58,654 bases of DNA from Girardia tigrina (Eukaryota). Location of the stretch: the NCBI GenBank assembly GCA_001938485.1, contig MQRK01182744.1, positions 2,648-61,301 of the forward strand. Reading direction: 5' to 3'. The notes under the pieces are model-generated. The model was not told the DNA's origin. It worked only from the letters and a program-made list of their open reading frames with translations, and searched no databases. The position numbers and the translations under genes are program-made. Numbering within the stretch: position 1 is the stretch's first letter; each line of letters begins with the position of its first letter. This document shows, one piece after another, positions 39,240 through 50,270 of the stretch.

Positions 39240-39560
39240 TAAGTCATAGTAAGGAAAGGTCCTAATGCTTTACGAGGGGTATAGATATCGTTGTGACAAG
39301 CGAAAGCGAGATGGATCATCTTCATTGAGATGTGTCAAACGAGAGTGTGCCGGAAGACTGAGGAAAAAAGCTAATGAAACAGTACTGAATATTACTGATC
39401 ACACATGCATCCAGACATTTCTAAGAATGAATCTAAAAAATCAAATCAAATATACGTTAACGTACTGTAAACAGTGTTGAAAAATCTCGACAAATTATTT
39501 TGAACATCACAAAAGGAGTTTCCCTGGAAGCAGTTTAACTGTTGGCGTCCATTATATAAC
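39240..39560 (+). mobile_element. MULE-associated FLYWCH zinc-finger remnant
   Basis: LYEGYRYRCDK...SLRCVKRECAGRL...NITDHTC (FLYWCH pattern). Confidence 0.6.
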
Positions 39561-39671
39561 AGTTTTTAAAAAGTTACTCATTAAGTATGCAAACCCTTTT
39601 AGCGCATTTATTGGGGTACCTAAGTAGTTACCAACAGTTTACCTTTCATAGGAATTCAAGTACGTAATATA

Positions 39672-39889
39672 CAGTCTTGGAAAAAAATATGGATTTTTCA
39701 ATTTTTTCATTTTTCTTAATTCATTTATAATTTTTTTTTATTCTTAAATCAAAGTAATTCCTTTAGAGACATGCATTTTGAAATATTATACACGTTGGGA
39801 TAGTTATAAACATATTTGGACTGTAAAAGTAACAGATGTATCAAGAAAAATGAAAAAATTGAAAAATCTTTAAACTTTTTCTGAGGCTG
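39672..39889. mobile_element. Tc1/mariner MITE
   Basis: TA|CAGTCTTGGAAAAAA...TTTTCTGAGGCTG|TA, with about 50-bp imperfect TIRs. Confidence 0.75.
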
Positions 39890-40229
39890 TAGTAGAAACT
39901 AGAAATGGAATAAAAAGATGATTTTTTAAGTGTAATTAATTAAAGGTTATTTGTTGTCTAATAGACCGGAAACAGTATGATCTTGATGGTTATGGATAGA
40001 AGATGTGATCTTTGATTATAATATAAGAATCATTTGATTTATTCTTGCCAGTTGGTTTGGAATTAGTTTGTTCATTTTGAAAATTTTGGGATTGACGATT
40101 GAACATTTTGTTAAAGATTTCTTTATGATAATATTTAATTTAGAAAATTAAATTTTCAATTTTTTATTGTTATTAGATTCAATTTTAATATTTGAATTTT
40201 CTAATCATAATCTCCTAAGAATGAAGGTT

Positions 40230-40620
40230 ATTGCTTTGTGATCTGTTCACTTTTTATCATTTTTTCATGTAAGCAGTAATTAAAGAGTCGATAAATATAG
40301 AATATTGACAAGAGTTCCTTTTCAATTATTTAATAACTTGTTTCATGTGCTGACAATGTGTGTAATCCAATGTTCTCTTCTCTTCCTGATTATCCTATCT
40401 GGGACAATACTACACCTATGCTGTCAAAACTAGCGACCGTATCTAGGATTAACGGCTTCTTTAAAGGCTGGAGACTTAATATTTGTCCTATTTTCAAAGC
40501 TTGCTTCAAATCCTGGAATGACGTTTTGTATGAGGTTATTTCAAACTAGTTTTTCTTTACTCAGCCCCTATATTTCTTCTAAAATTTTGGTTTTTTTTCG
40601 CTTATCCATTGATAAACCTT
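40230..40620 (-). mobile_element. Ty3/gypsy pol RT-connection/RNase H remnant
   Basis: SFQDLKQAL...PLILDTVASFDSIGVVLSQ...LSAHETSY..IEKELLSI (TDAS...GAVLSQ...EKELLA motif). Confidence 0.8.
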
Positions 40621-41291
40621 CTAAAATAATTGCAGATTCTCAAGAAACGTATGAAATTTGAATTTAAGATTAAATTTTAAATTCTCTGATGCGGAAAATA
40701 ATGATAAAAGTTGGATTGATCGAATATTTGCTAGCCGAACAAAACTTCTCTATTAGCTGTCGAGGTGAAAGGTCTTCTAACAGTAACCTCCATCCTATGT
40801 TCCAGGGGAACCCTTAAAATAGTCTTTGTGAAACAAAATGATTCTCAAAGCTACATCAAAATTATGTTTCAAGAAAAAAAGTGGATTCTTTGTGGGGAAC
40901 ATTCAGCTCACATTCAGATATTTCACAAGATTCTATCAAATAATTTAAAACGAAGAGCAGAAAATCTTGGCAGAACTTTTTGAATGTAAAATCTACTGCA
41001 TAACTCGTTTTGTTATCAAGAAATGATTATTTTCCTTAGATTAAAGAGTCATTTTATTGTCAAACGCTCCAGTGGAAATGTTTATAATATTTGATAATCA
41101 TTTCTGTCTGATCCGTTCAAAATAGACAAATCTCTTGCGGAAAAAAATGATTGATACAGATTTCTGATATCAGACGAAAACAAGGTCCAACATTAATTTT
41201 ATGAAAGACGAATAATTATTAATCCAATAAAACAAAGTCTTTCAAAAATCGAATTTTGCATTTTTATACAGGTGAATTAGTTATCAATCAG

Positions 41292-41332
41292 TGACCTGAA
41301 GATGACGGTTGATCCATCGAAATATATTGTCA
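41292..41332 (+). ncRNA. Minimal type-I hammerhead ribozyme motif (Penelope-like terminus)
   Basis: TGAC-CTGAAGA-T-GACGG TTGAT CCATC-GAAA-TATA-TT-GTCA. Core CUGANGA/GAAA, stem I TGAC/GTCA, palindromic stem III. One mismatch in stem II. Confidence 0.6.
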
Positions 41333-43077
41333 ATAAATACATTTTTCAATAGATGAGTTTTGCTTTTCTTAATTTTCATCCGGATTGAAGTTTATTAATA
41401 ATAATAGTAATAAATATTTTTGAAAAATATTTGAGATTAGGCTTTTTTAAGAAATTTATTATTATACATGTTTCGGAATTCATTTTTCATCATCAGCAAT
41501 TATAAGGTAATATATAAGATAATAAAGTGTTAATTATTTGGAGAGTTTATCAGTAAATATTGAATTCTTCAGGATGTTAATGTATGTTAATGGCCAAAAA
41601 AGTTTTTTTAAATAAAAATTGAGAATTGAGATGGCCATATTTGGTACATTTGTATTATTAATTAATGGGTTGTAGTTTCTTATCAATTATGATTCGAAGA
41701 ACTGCCGTTCATAATGTTGCTCAAAGCCCTTCTATAAAACAGAAAACTAATCTTTTGAAATATGTACAATAAATATAAATAATAATATGAAACAATTAAT
41801 TTAAAATAAATTAAATAAAAAATAAGCATTGAATTAAGTGAAATAAAACTTATAATATAAATTAAATAAAACTGAATTAATCTCATTTCAATTCAAATCC
41901 AGACAAAGACTTCTTATTCCAGCCACCCAAATAAAATTCACGAATCAATCGGCTCGCTCTGATTGGTCAACTAATGACGTTGGGACATGAATCAAAAGGG
42001 AAATTTAATTTTACTTATTTATTAGATTACGTAATTGAAAGTTTATCACTGATTTGATTGTTATTTTGTTACTGAAAGAATTTCGACTTATCCTTACTGC
42101 AAATAGAAAGATTTGTCACTGTTTATTATTGTTTTTTGTTATCGACAAAGTTTTGTCTGATAGTTATTTTGAAATAAAAGAAATAAAACTGTGTTTAGAA
42201 AGAATTATGCAAATTCAAAATTAGCCTAATGAATAATGCCCAGCATGACCAAGAACACCATGACTGCTATTTCCGGAAAGTATCTGAAGCAACCTGGAGA
42301 CTGTCGGAAACATTTTGATCAAAATTTAATCAAAATTTATCAGTATTATTAGGACTTAATCGTGTAAAAAATTGAGAAATCTTTCAAAAGTTGTGGATTT
42401 AAATTTCCCTAATGGATAGTATATGTACTCTCCAAATTTATGTTTAAAACTAAAAAGAAATATTGGTTGTATCAATAAAACAATAAAATTAAATATTTAC
42501 AAATAATAATTATTATTAACATAAATTCCATAATAAACCACGAAAATATTGTCCAAAATACACTTCTCCTTACTGATTAAGGTTGTTATCACCTTTTTAT
42601 TTAAATAAAATTTTTAGGGAGAATATTTAGCTCACAATAAAAAATAAATAACAAAAGTATTTACATAAAAATTATGTTTTGTGATCTTTACATGTATAAA
42701 AAGTTCTGAACCTACTCGAGATTTAAAGATGAAATAACTCTAAACATCAAAGTTTTGTGATATTACAAAATATAGATCTCTTTATAACTATAAAACTTTT
42801 TATCTGATTAATCTGATGATCTTTTATAGACTTAAAATCGAAATGTACTTTGATTTTCAAAAGATTCCTGGAAGAAATTTTGATATTATTAATTATTGTA
42901 TTTACTGGCATTTTAATCAAATTTATTTATTTTAATTAAATTTGATTTTTGAGTTTGATTGATTATGGAGAATTTAGAGCTAATTTAAATCTGGTTTTGC
43001 CAAAATAGTTTTTTTTTAATTTGAAAGTTTTAAATAAAAGTAAATAAATACAAAAGTTTTAAAATTAAAAATGATTA

Positions 43078-43540
43078 GGGAGCATCCATTAAGGACTCCC
43101 TATAAAAAATAAGCATATTTTGACCACTCCCCCCTCTTGTCCCTTTATGTCCCTTTTTATGAGACATCCCCCGGGGGACATCCCCCCGAAAACAGATTTC
43201 TCTTATATTCAGAAGAATGTATAGAATATTGAATTTCTAGCTTTAAAGATTAGCTTGTATATAATTTTATTTTGGCTGCAATTTAAGTCACATATTAAAA
43301 AATAGAATAAAAAAATCAAATACTGTTAAAATAACGAAAATGTACATAATTCCTAAAGAAAAAATAAATGACTTAATTATTATAAAAGAATTGGGGAAAT
43401 AGAATTCAGATAACAGGGGTTTTGAGTATTACATCAATCTCTAACAGAAAATCTTCAAAAAATGACAAGATAAATGATAGCTGAAATTTAACTTTAGATT
43501 TTAATGAAAGGCGCTGCTGGGGGATGTCCCCTTAACAATT
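43078..43540. mobile_element. Second, inverted and truncated copy of the PIF/Harbinger MITE family at 30604
   Basis: TTA|GGGAGCATCCATTAAGGAC...; shares blocks in reverse complement with 30690-31069 (e.g. GAATTCAGATAACAGGGGTTTTGAGTATTACATC). Confidence 0.85.
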
Positions 43541-44336
43541 TATTAAAAATAAATATTGAAAAGTTTTCAAATTTATGAAATATAAATCAAATATAAATCA
43601 AATATAAATAAACTATAAATAGATTATGAATAAATTTTAAATTAACTAAAAAAATATAAATAAAAGATAAATAAGATATAAATGAAATATGAATAAAGTA
43701 TAAATAAATTATAAATAATATATAAATAAACTAGAAATAAAATATATTATTTATTGTTTAAATAATTAATTTTTAGAATAATTCATTTTTTGGAAACATT
43801 TGATGTTCTGGATCAAATGTTTTAAATCCAACAGAATCTAGATCTATAAAAAATGTAAAATTAAAACATTTGAAATAATTTTAAAAAAATCTTTAAAATT
43901 AAATTTTACAAAAATTGTTTTTATTTTATGGAAAATTTTGATATCAAATTCATCAAAGAATGAATAATATTTTTGATAATGATTATATTTTATTATTCCT
44001 ATGTAAGGATTAATTATCAAATTAATATTTTGATTGAAAGAAATTAAATGAATTTAATCCACCCGATTAGAGTGAGTGACGGGGGATCGAATGACGAGTA
44101 TTATGATAAAAAGCGATATTTAATATCAGTAATTTTGTTCATTTAACCAAATTCCGAATTTATCAAAGGAAATTTTAATTGCAATAATTTATATTTTTGT
44201 ATTAGATGTCGTTTTTTTGAAAATAATCAAATTTATTATGAAATTCAATTTGGTTTTAAATCTGAATATTCTAACTTATATCGTTAATTTGTTTTTTTAT
44301 GCGTAACATACATGAATTTACAATTTGATAAAATTT

Positions 44337-44628
44337 GAAACCCCGACGACGTTGTCCCCCATGACGCAATGGAATATAAGAAACACGAGTTAAAGCTGCG
44401 AAAATATAGATATGCTTTATTAAAATACTTCTACAAAACAATTCTAACACTGAATATTGCTTAATTAATATAATCTTAATGTAGGAAGACCAGATTAAGA
44501 AATATTCAGTATTACATTTGCAATTGTTTTGTAGATGTATTATAATAAAGCATCTCTGTATTTTCGCAGTTTTAATCCGTGTTTATTATATTCCATCGCG
44601 TCATGGGGGACAACACAGTGGAGGTTTC
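44337..44628. mobile_element. Fold-back MITE with about 120-bp imperfect TIRs
   Basis: GTTGTCCCCCATGACGCAATGGAATATAA... pairs with ...TTATATTCCATCGCGTCATGGGGGACAAC. Confidence 0.8.
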
Positions 44629-44635
44629 TATTTTT

Positions 44636-44785
44636 TAACAGATAACTCCTAATAGTATCTATTTATTTTTTCAATAACATTTTAGTGATACTATTTTAAT
44701 CCTAATAGTATCATTTTTACTAATTTGGAATAATAGTTCAATACTATTCCAAAAGTATCACTGATACTATTAGGATTTATCCGTT
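44636..44785. mobile_element. Small MITE
   Basis: TAACAGATAACTCCTAATAGTATC / GATACTATTAGGATTTATCCGTTA inverted ends, with internal ATAGTATC repeats. Confidence 0.65.
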
Positions 44786-45858
44786 AGTTTTTAATCAACT
44801 ACATTTTACTAATACGGCGTTGTCAATAAAATGCCATAAATTTTCGGATTTTTATATTTCAATAATTTTAATATATAGGTTCTAGCAGCTATTTGAAAAC
44901 CAAATGATAAACGCGAGAATAAAAGAATATATATTATGTGAGGAATATTTGGTGTGTAGATGTTTTTGTGTAGTGTTTGCATGTTTAAATGTTGTGTGTT
45001 GATTTGGGATTGTGTCTCTCCTAATCAGATGGATGATTAATATTTTAATTCTTATTATCTGAAACTAATTTATTTAAATTTAGATTTAATATTCAAATTT
45101 TTAATTTTTATAATTGTAACTTTTAAATAAGTTTATTGATTTTATTTTTGTAAATTTTTAAATAATTAAGATCAAATTAACGTTTAAAAATGACTATAAA
45201 AATATTTTATTTCAGCCAATAAAATTTAAATTAAATATTTTTTTAATAAAATAATCTTATCAAGTATAGTTCAGATTATAATTGGAGATATTGAAAATTG
45301 ATTAATGGATTCTAGTGAAAGCAATACTATTGATCATCATAAAGATGATAAGAAATGTGAATGTAATAAATGTTTTGTCAAATGTGTGAGTTCTCTTAAC
45401 ATATTACATAATACAGTTCTATAAATATGTAAGCATAGATAAAGGACGACTTTTTTCAATGATCCCACATTCAGTGGCAATAAAATCAATACTGTCAATA
45501 ATTGATACTTTTAGAACATCAACAATGTTGTGTCCTTTAGGAAACTTTCATCATATCACCCTTTGCAGCTCCCATTTCCCTTCGAACTTTGAATACAAAT
45601 GATGGAACTACTTTTAAGAATGCAGAAATTTCTGAATAGATGTGTCCTACAGCCAAGAAGAGAATAAATGTATGCTCCTTCATTTCTTGCGTAAGATTAG
45701 GTTCTGTCATGTCTCCCTGCAAGAGAAAAAACTCACTTTAACACACAGAAAAGTGTCGCGCATATATTGTGTGTTCTCAAATAGCTGCCACACTATTAAT
45801 TATAAATAAGACAAATAAAATTTGGAATAGTTACCGATAAATACCTATAAAATTTAAG

Positions 45859-46227
45859 AAAGGAAATTCAAAATCAAAAGGGAGGAAAATTTATCCGGAA
45901 TGTAGACTGAATTTTGTTTACAATTCAACTAGGTATTCGAAAAGAAACTTTGAAAGGAAAGTTATTTTTAACAAAGTTAACAAGAGCTCTTGCTTACCAA
46001 TCAACAATGATGATAATTACCGATGGCGATACATATTATCAACTATAATTGATGTCTATTGATAGACCAAGGAAGAAGCTGTAAAATTGGGTTCTGATTT
46101 TGTTAGATAAACTTAAAATTTTTTTTCCTTTCAAAGTTTCTTTTCGAATACCTAGTTGAATTGTAAACAAAATTCAGTCTACAGTCGGGATAAATTTTCT
46201 TCTCCCTTTTGATTTTGAATTTCCTTT
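45859..46227. mobile_element. Fold-back MITE with about 100-bp TIRs
   Basis: AAAGGAAATTCAAAATCAAAAGGGAG...CTTTGAAAGGAAA pairs with TTTCCTTTCAAAG...CTCCCTTTTGATTTTGAATTTCCTTT. Confidence 0.85.
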
Positions 46228-46531
46228 GCACAAAACAATCAATTTCCGATAATTTTTTTTTTTTCTTTTTTTTATTTTTTTTCTCAAAATGTGCTTAAAA
46301 TTCACGAAAGATGTGTGAATTAAAGACTTGATATGCAATCCACGTAATTCTGAACCGACTTTGCTTTTAATTTCGATTTCCATTTATTAAACAAAAAATA
46401 CGAAGACGAAACTGTTTAAATAAAAATGTATTATGATAAACTTCAAAGAAAGGAAAAAACGTTCTTTTTTGTTATTATTAAAACAAAACTTATTTTTATA
46501 GTAAACAATTTATATAGTATTTTAATAAATT

Positions 46532-46532
<1 letters not shown>

Positions 46533-46572
<40 letters not shown>

Positions 46573-46622
46573 NNNNNNNNNNNNNNNNNNNNNNNNNNNN
46601 NNNNNNNNNNNNNNNNNNNNNN

Positions 46623-46667
<45 letters not shown>
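46533..46667. repeat. (TA)n microsatellite spanning assembly gap (N 46573-46622)
   Basis: Seen directly. Confidence 0.95.
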
Positions 46668-46672
<5 letters not shown>

Positions 46673-48257
46673 TAATAAATGATTATTTTATTTTTAATTT
46701 TATAAAAGTGACCACAACAGACTCACGTAAAATTTAAAAATATTGTAGCAATTTTTACCTCATTCGGTATAAAATGGCGGTACAATTAATAAAAATATAA
46801 TATATTATAATGAGAATATAAATTTTCTAAACATTTACGTCTAAATAAATAACTTATTAAATTAAATTATTTTTCAAAGCATTTTTTATTATTGTAATTT
46901 ACATATTTATTGAAATTATTATTTCCCAAATGAAATTATTGTAATATCAACAACTATATCGACCAATTTAAGAATAAAAATCAAAAAAAAATATAAAAAT
47001 CATATAATAAAATAATAATAAAAAAAGTATATTATTAAATATTATGAGCTAAAATATTGAATTTTTATTTGCTATAAAATATTTTAAATTTATTATTTCA
47101 GCTGATTAAAATGCGCTAATTAAATAACAAAATAAACAATATGTAGGAATAAGTTTTATATTTGGCGATTTAGATCGAAAGTAAACAAGAATTTATTAAA
47201 ACAGTCAATCAAATTTGAACGATTCCCAACATAAAAGAGTTTTCCTATTGCGACTCACAAAAATGAAAGACGGTCATTAAAGCATGAAATACTTATTGGA
47301 GCGATCGAAAATCACTTATATCAAAATTAGTTGAGTAAAAAAAGAAATAATTTCGAAAATTAAATCAGTTGTTTTTTGATAAAAATCTGTTTAATTAAAA
47401 AGATTGTAGGAAACTCTCATCGTTTGATGCAACAGCAATTATCTTTCATCGATGTGCTTGTTTTGAGATCAAAAATTATCTTTTGTCATTATCAATTAAA
47501 AATTGGAAATATAAAAATGAAAAAAAATTTGAAGTATTAAAAGTTGAAAATATTAAAGGACAGTGTCTTCATGGAGAAAATGTTCAAAGTTATTTGACAC
47601 AGTCTTAGAATTAGTTTATCAAAAAAACCTGCTCCGCCGATTCCCAGGTCACCTCGAAGACTGGACGGTGGTAGCAGTAATACAAGGTCGGGTTATTTTA
47701 GACTTCACCATTTCGTGCTGGGCCCATTTGATATTATTCTTATTCAGACTGATCATACGTTATTATCGTTTTTTATTTCGGTTTATTTAAAATTTCGTCT
47801 CAAATAAATTTTGATTTTTAAAATTTCATTAAAAAATAGATTTAAAAAATTAAAATGTGCGATTCAATAAATTCAAATTTAGTCAAAAAAGAAAACAAAA
47901 TATTATTCGATTTGATAAATGCAATATTCATTAAAAAATTTTCGTCAATTTCTATCACCAAATTCGAGCTTTTGTACAACTTTAACAATCAAATTCAAAT
48001 CGAGAGCTCACAACTTTATCGTGCCAAAGAAAATTAAATTGTGAAAAAAAACTCACTGCTTGAGTCAGTTACTCGCTTTGAGTTATTCATTTTTCTCTCT
48101 CGGTACAATCTGACCAACACACAATCTCACACACATACTGGCTCTCTCTTTATGACTCATTGAGACATTTATACAATTATTTAAAAGACTGAGTTTCACT
48201 CAGAATTTAAATTCTTTTTAATCTAATTTAAATTATTTGAGTTTTATTTAACTTTAA

Positions 48258-48475
48258 CCCCTTAACGCGCATTTTTTCCTTTAAACGTTCCAAAAAAAAT
48301 AATTTTTTTTATTTCTGATACTTAATGTACTAATACAATTAGATATCTCATTTCTATTTCGTTGCTACATAGAAGAAATGCAAAAACATATTAGACATCC
48401 GAACTGGACTCGGACTTGCACAAATTTGCCAGTAATCCATACCCGAGTTTCTGCTCGGGCATACTCGTTAATGGC
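48258..48475. mobile_element. piggyBac-like MITE
   Basis: TTAA|CCCCTTAACG ... CGTTAATGGC|TTAA; internal hairpin CCCGAG-TTTCTG-CTCGGG. Confidence 0.6.
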
Positions 48476-49739
48476 TTAATTTCTTTTATTACTTTTTTAC
48501 TTAATTTTTTCTTTAAATGTTTAATTATTTTCTTTTTATATGCATATCTGAATATATAGCGCTAAGCAATAGGCAAATAAAAAATTCAGAGATTGTCATT
48601 CAAATTGGTGAGAACAAAGAAATGTCTTGATTGTCTTTGACTAGGAAGGTGATGACAGAAGGATTATAAATAACAATAACTCATATAATAATAATTGAAA
48701 TTTAAAATGCCCAACAATACCGATTTTATCGAAATCTTTAAAATTGATAGTCTTGGACGATCACCTCAGTACAGAAAAAAATACCATAACTTCCATAAAG
48801 AATTTTATTAACTTTTATTAACCATATTTTCTGTATCCAAGTTTAAACGGTGTATTAAGAGTTGTACCACTAAGATTATCTCTTCTTTCTAGTAGATAAA
48901 TACTCAAAACATTGTAGAACTTGACCTAATATACTACAAATGAATCGCACATTTTTTACAAGTTTGAATATTTGGTTTATAAAATGCGCCAATATCCTGT
49001 ATCTGAAGGGGTAGCAAATCCCCAAACGTGTGCAAACACCTTTGCATTAAACTAATTAGATTTGCAAACCAATACATTAATTTATGTTATATTCATTGTT
49101 ATAAAGTCAAAATAATTAATAAAATATCGCTTAAACTAAAACACTTTAATATGATTGGATGAATCACCTTGCATGTTTCAGTGTGCTTTTGTAGTGATGA
49201 TATAAATGATTGGCGGGGTCGTAATTAAATGCCTAACTATATTTCACTATATTTCTTTTTTCTAATTTGACATTAATTATATAGTCTAAAATTTAGTATG
49301 TTGAGTTTGAAAATAAATTATCAAATTCAATTATTTAATCACAAAAGGTTTTAAGATATGCTCGATTCTCAATACACAACTTTGTTTTCACACAAAGTAT
49401 TTATTCGATCATGATTCGTTGAAAATATTTATTTAGATCTACAAATGTTTAGAACTCTCTAAGCAAGTTTTAATACAAATAATCATAATAATCACAACGA
49501 AAATTATTATTGTTAAAAAAGTAAAGAGATAATATGAACACAAAGAGAAAATAATTTTTAATTCTTATAATAATAATAATTTTATCTATAAGAAAAATTT
49601 TATTTTAAACATATTAAATGAAATTGTGTTCAATATCTGCATCTTATTTTATATTTCCACTCTTGTCGACCTCTACAGTTGACCTAAAACCCTAACTGAT
49701 GGTAGCAGTTTAAACGCATATATCTCAATAAGATAATTG

Positions 49740-49950
49740 CTGTATGTTCAATTTCAGACGCCCTGCTGCAAACTGCATCGCTAGTTAGTTCATTTACTCA
49801 ATAGTTTATTTAAGGTAGACCGTCTTTAAAGGACGAGTTACAGTGTTATAGCCAGGTTCTGTTGCAAATATAAAAATGGAAAAAATGTCTTTGGTTACAT
49901 GTCCTCTTCTGATAGCGCTATTTATCCTCTTTAAGTAATAAACTGAAGAT
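49740..49950 (-). mobile_element. Possible Polinton/Maverick minor capsid (penton) remnant
   Basis: SAIRRGHVTKDIFSIFIFATEPGYNTVTRPLKTVYL resembles the penton motif F.P.V.PGY.I.E.P....YL; stops follow. Confidence 0.4.
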
Positions 49951-50270
49951 CATCACTTATGTTTTAATAAATGTGACCAAATCCCATGCTGCCTAATTTT
50001 GTAATTTACAAAATTTGTACCAGAAACTTAGAATTTTTCTTGATCTAAACACTACTGAAATATCATCATAAATAAGACAAAATTTTATATACTACTGCAG
50101 TTGTATTTACTAGTAACTCGTTCCATTGCAAAACATATGAATGGTCTATAGATAGTTGTAATATTTTAAAAAATTTGATACATTAACAGTTGTTAGATTT
50201 GAAATAATAGAAAAAAGCTCTTTTATTTTATTTAAATATTTTTATTATTAATTAAAGTTGTACCTGAGAC

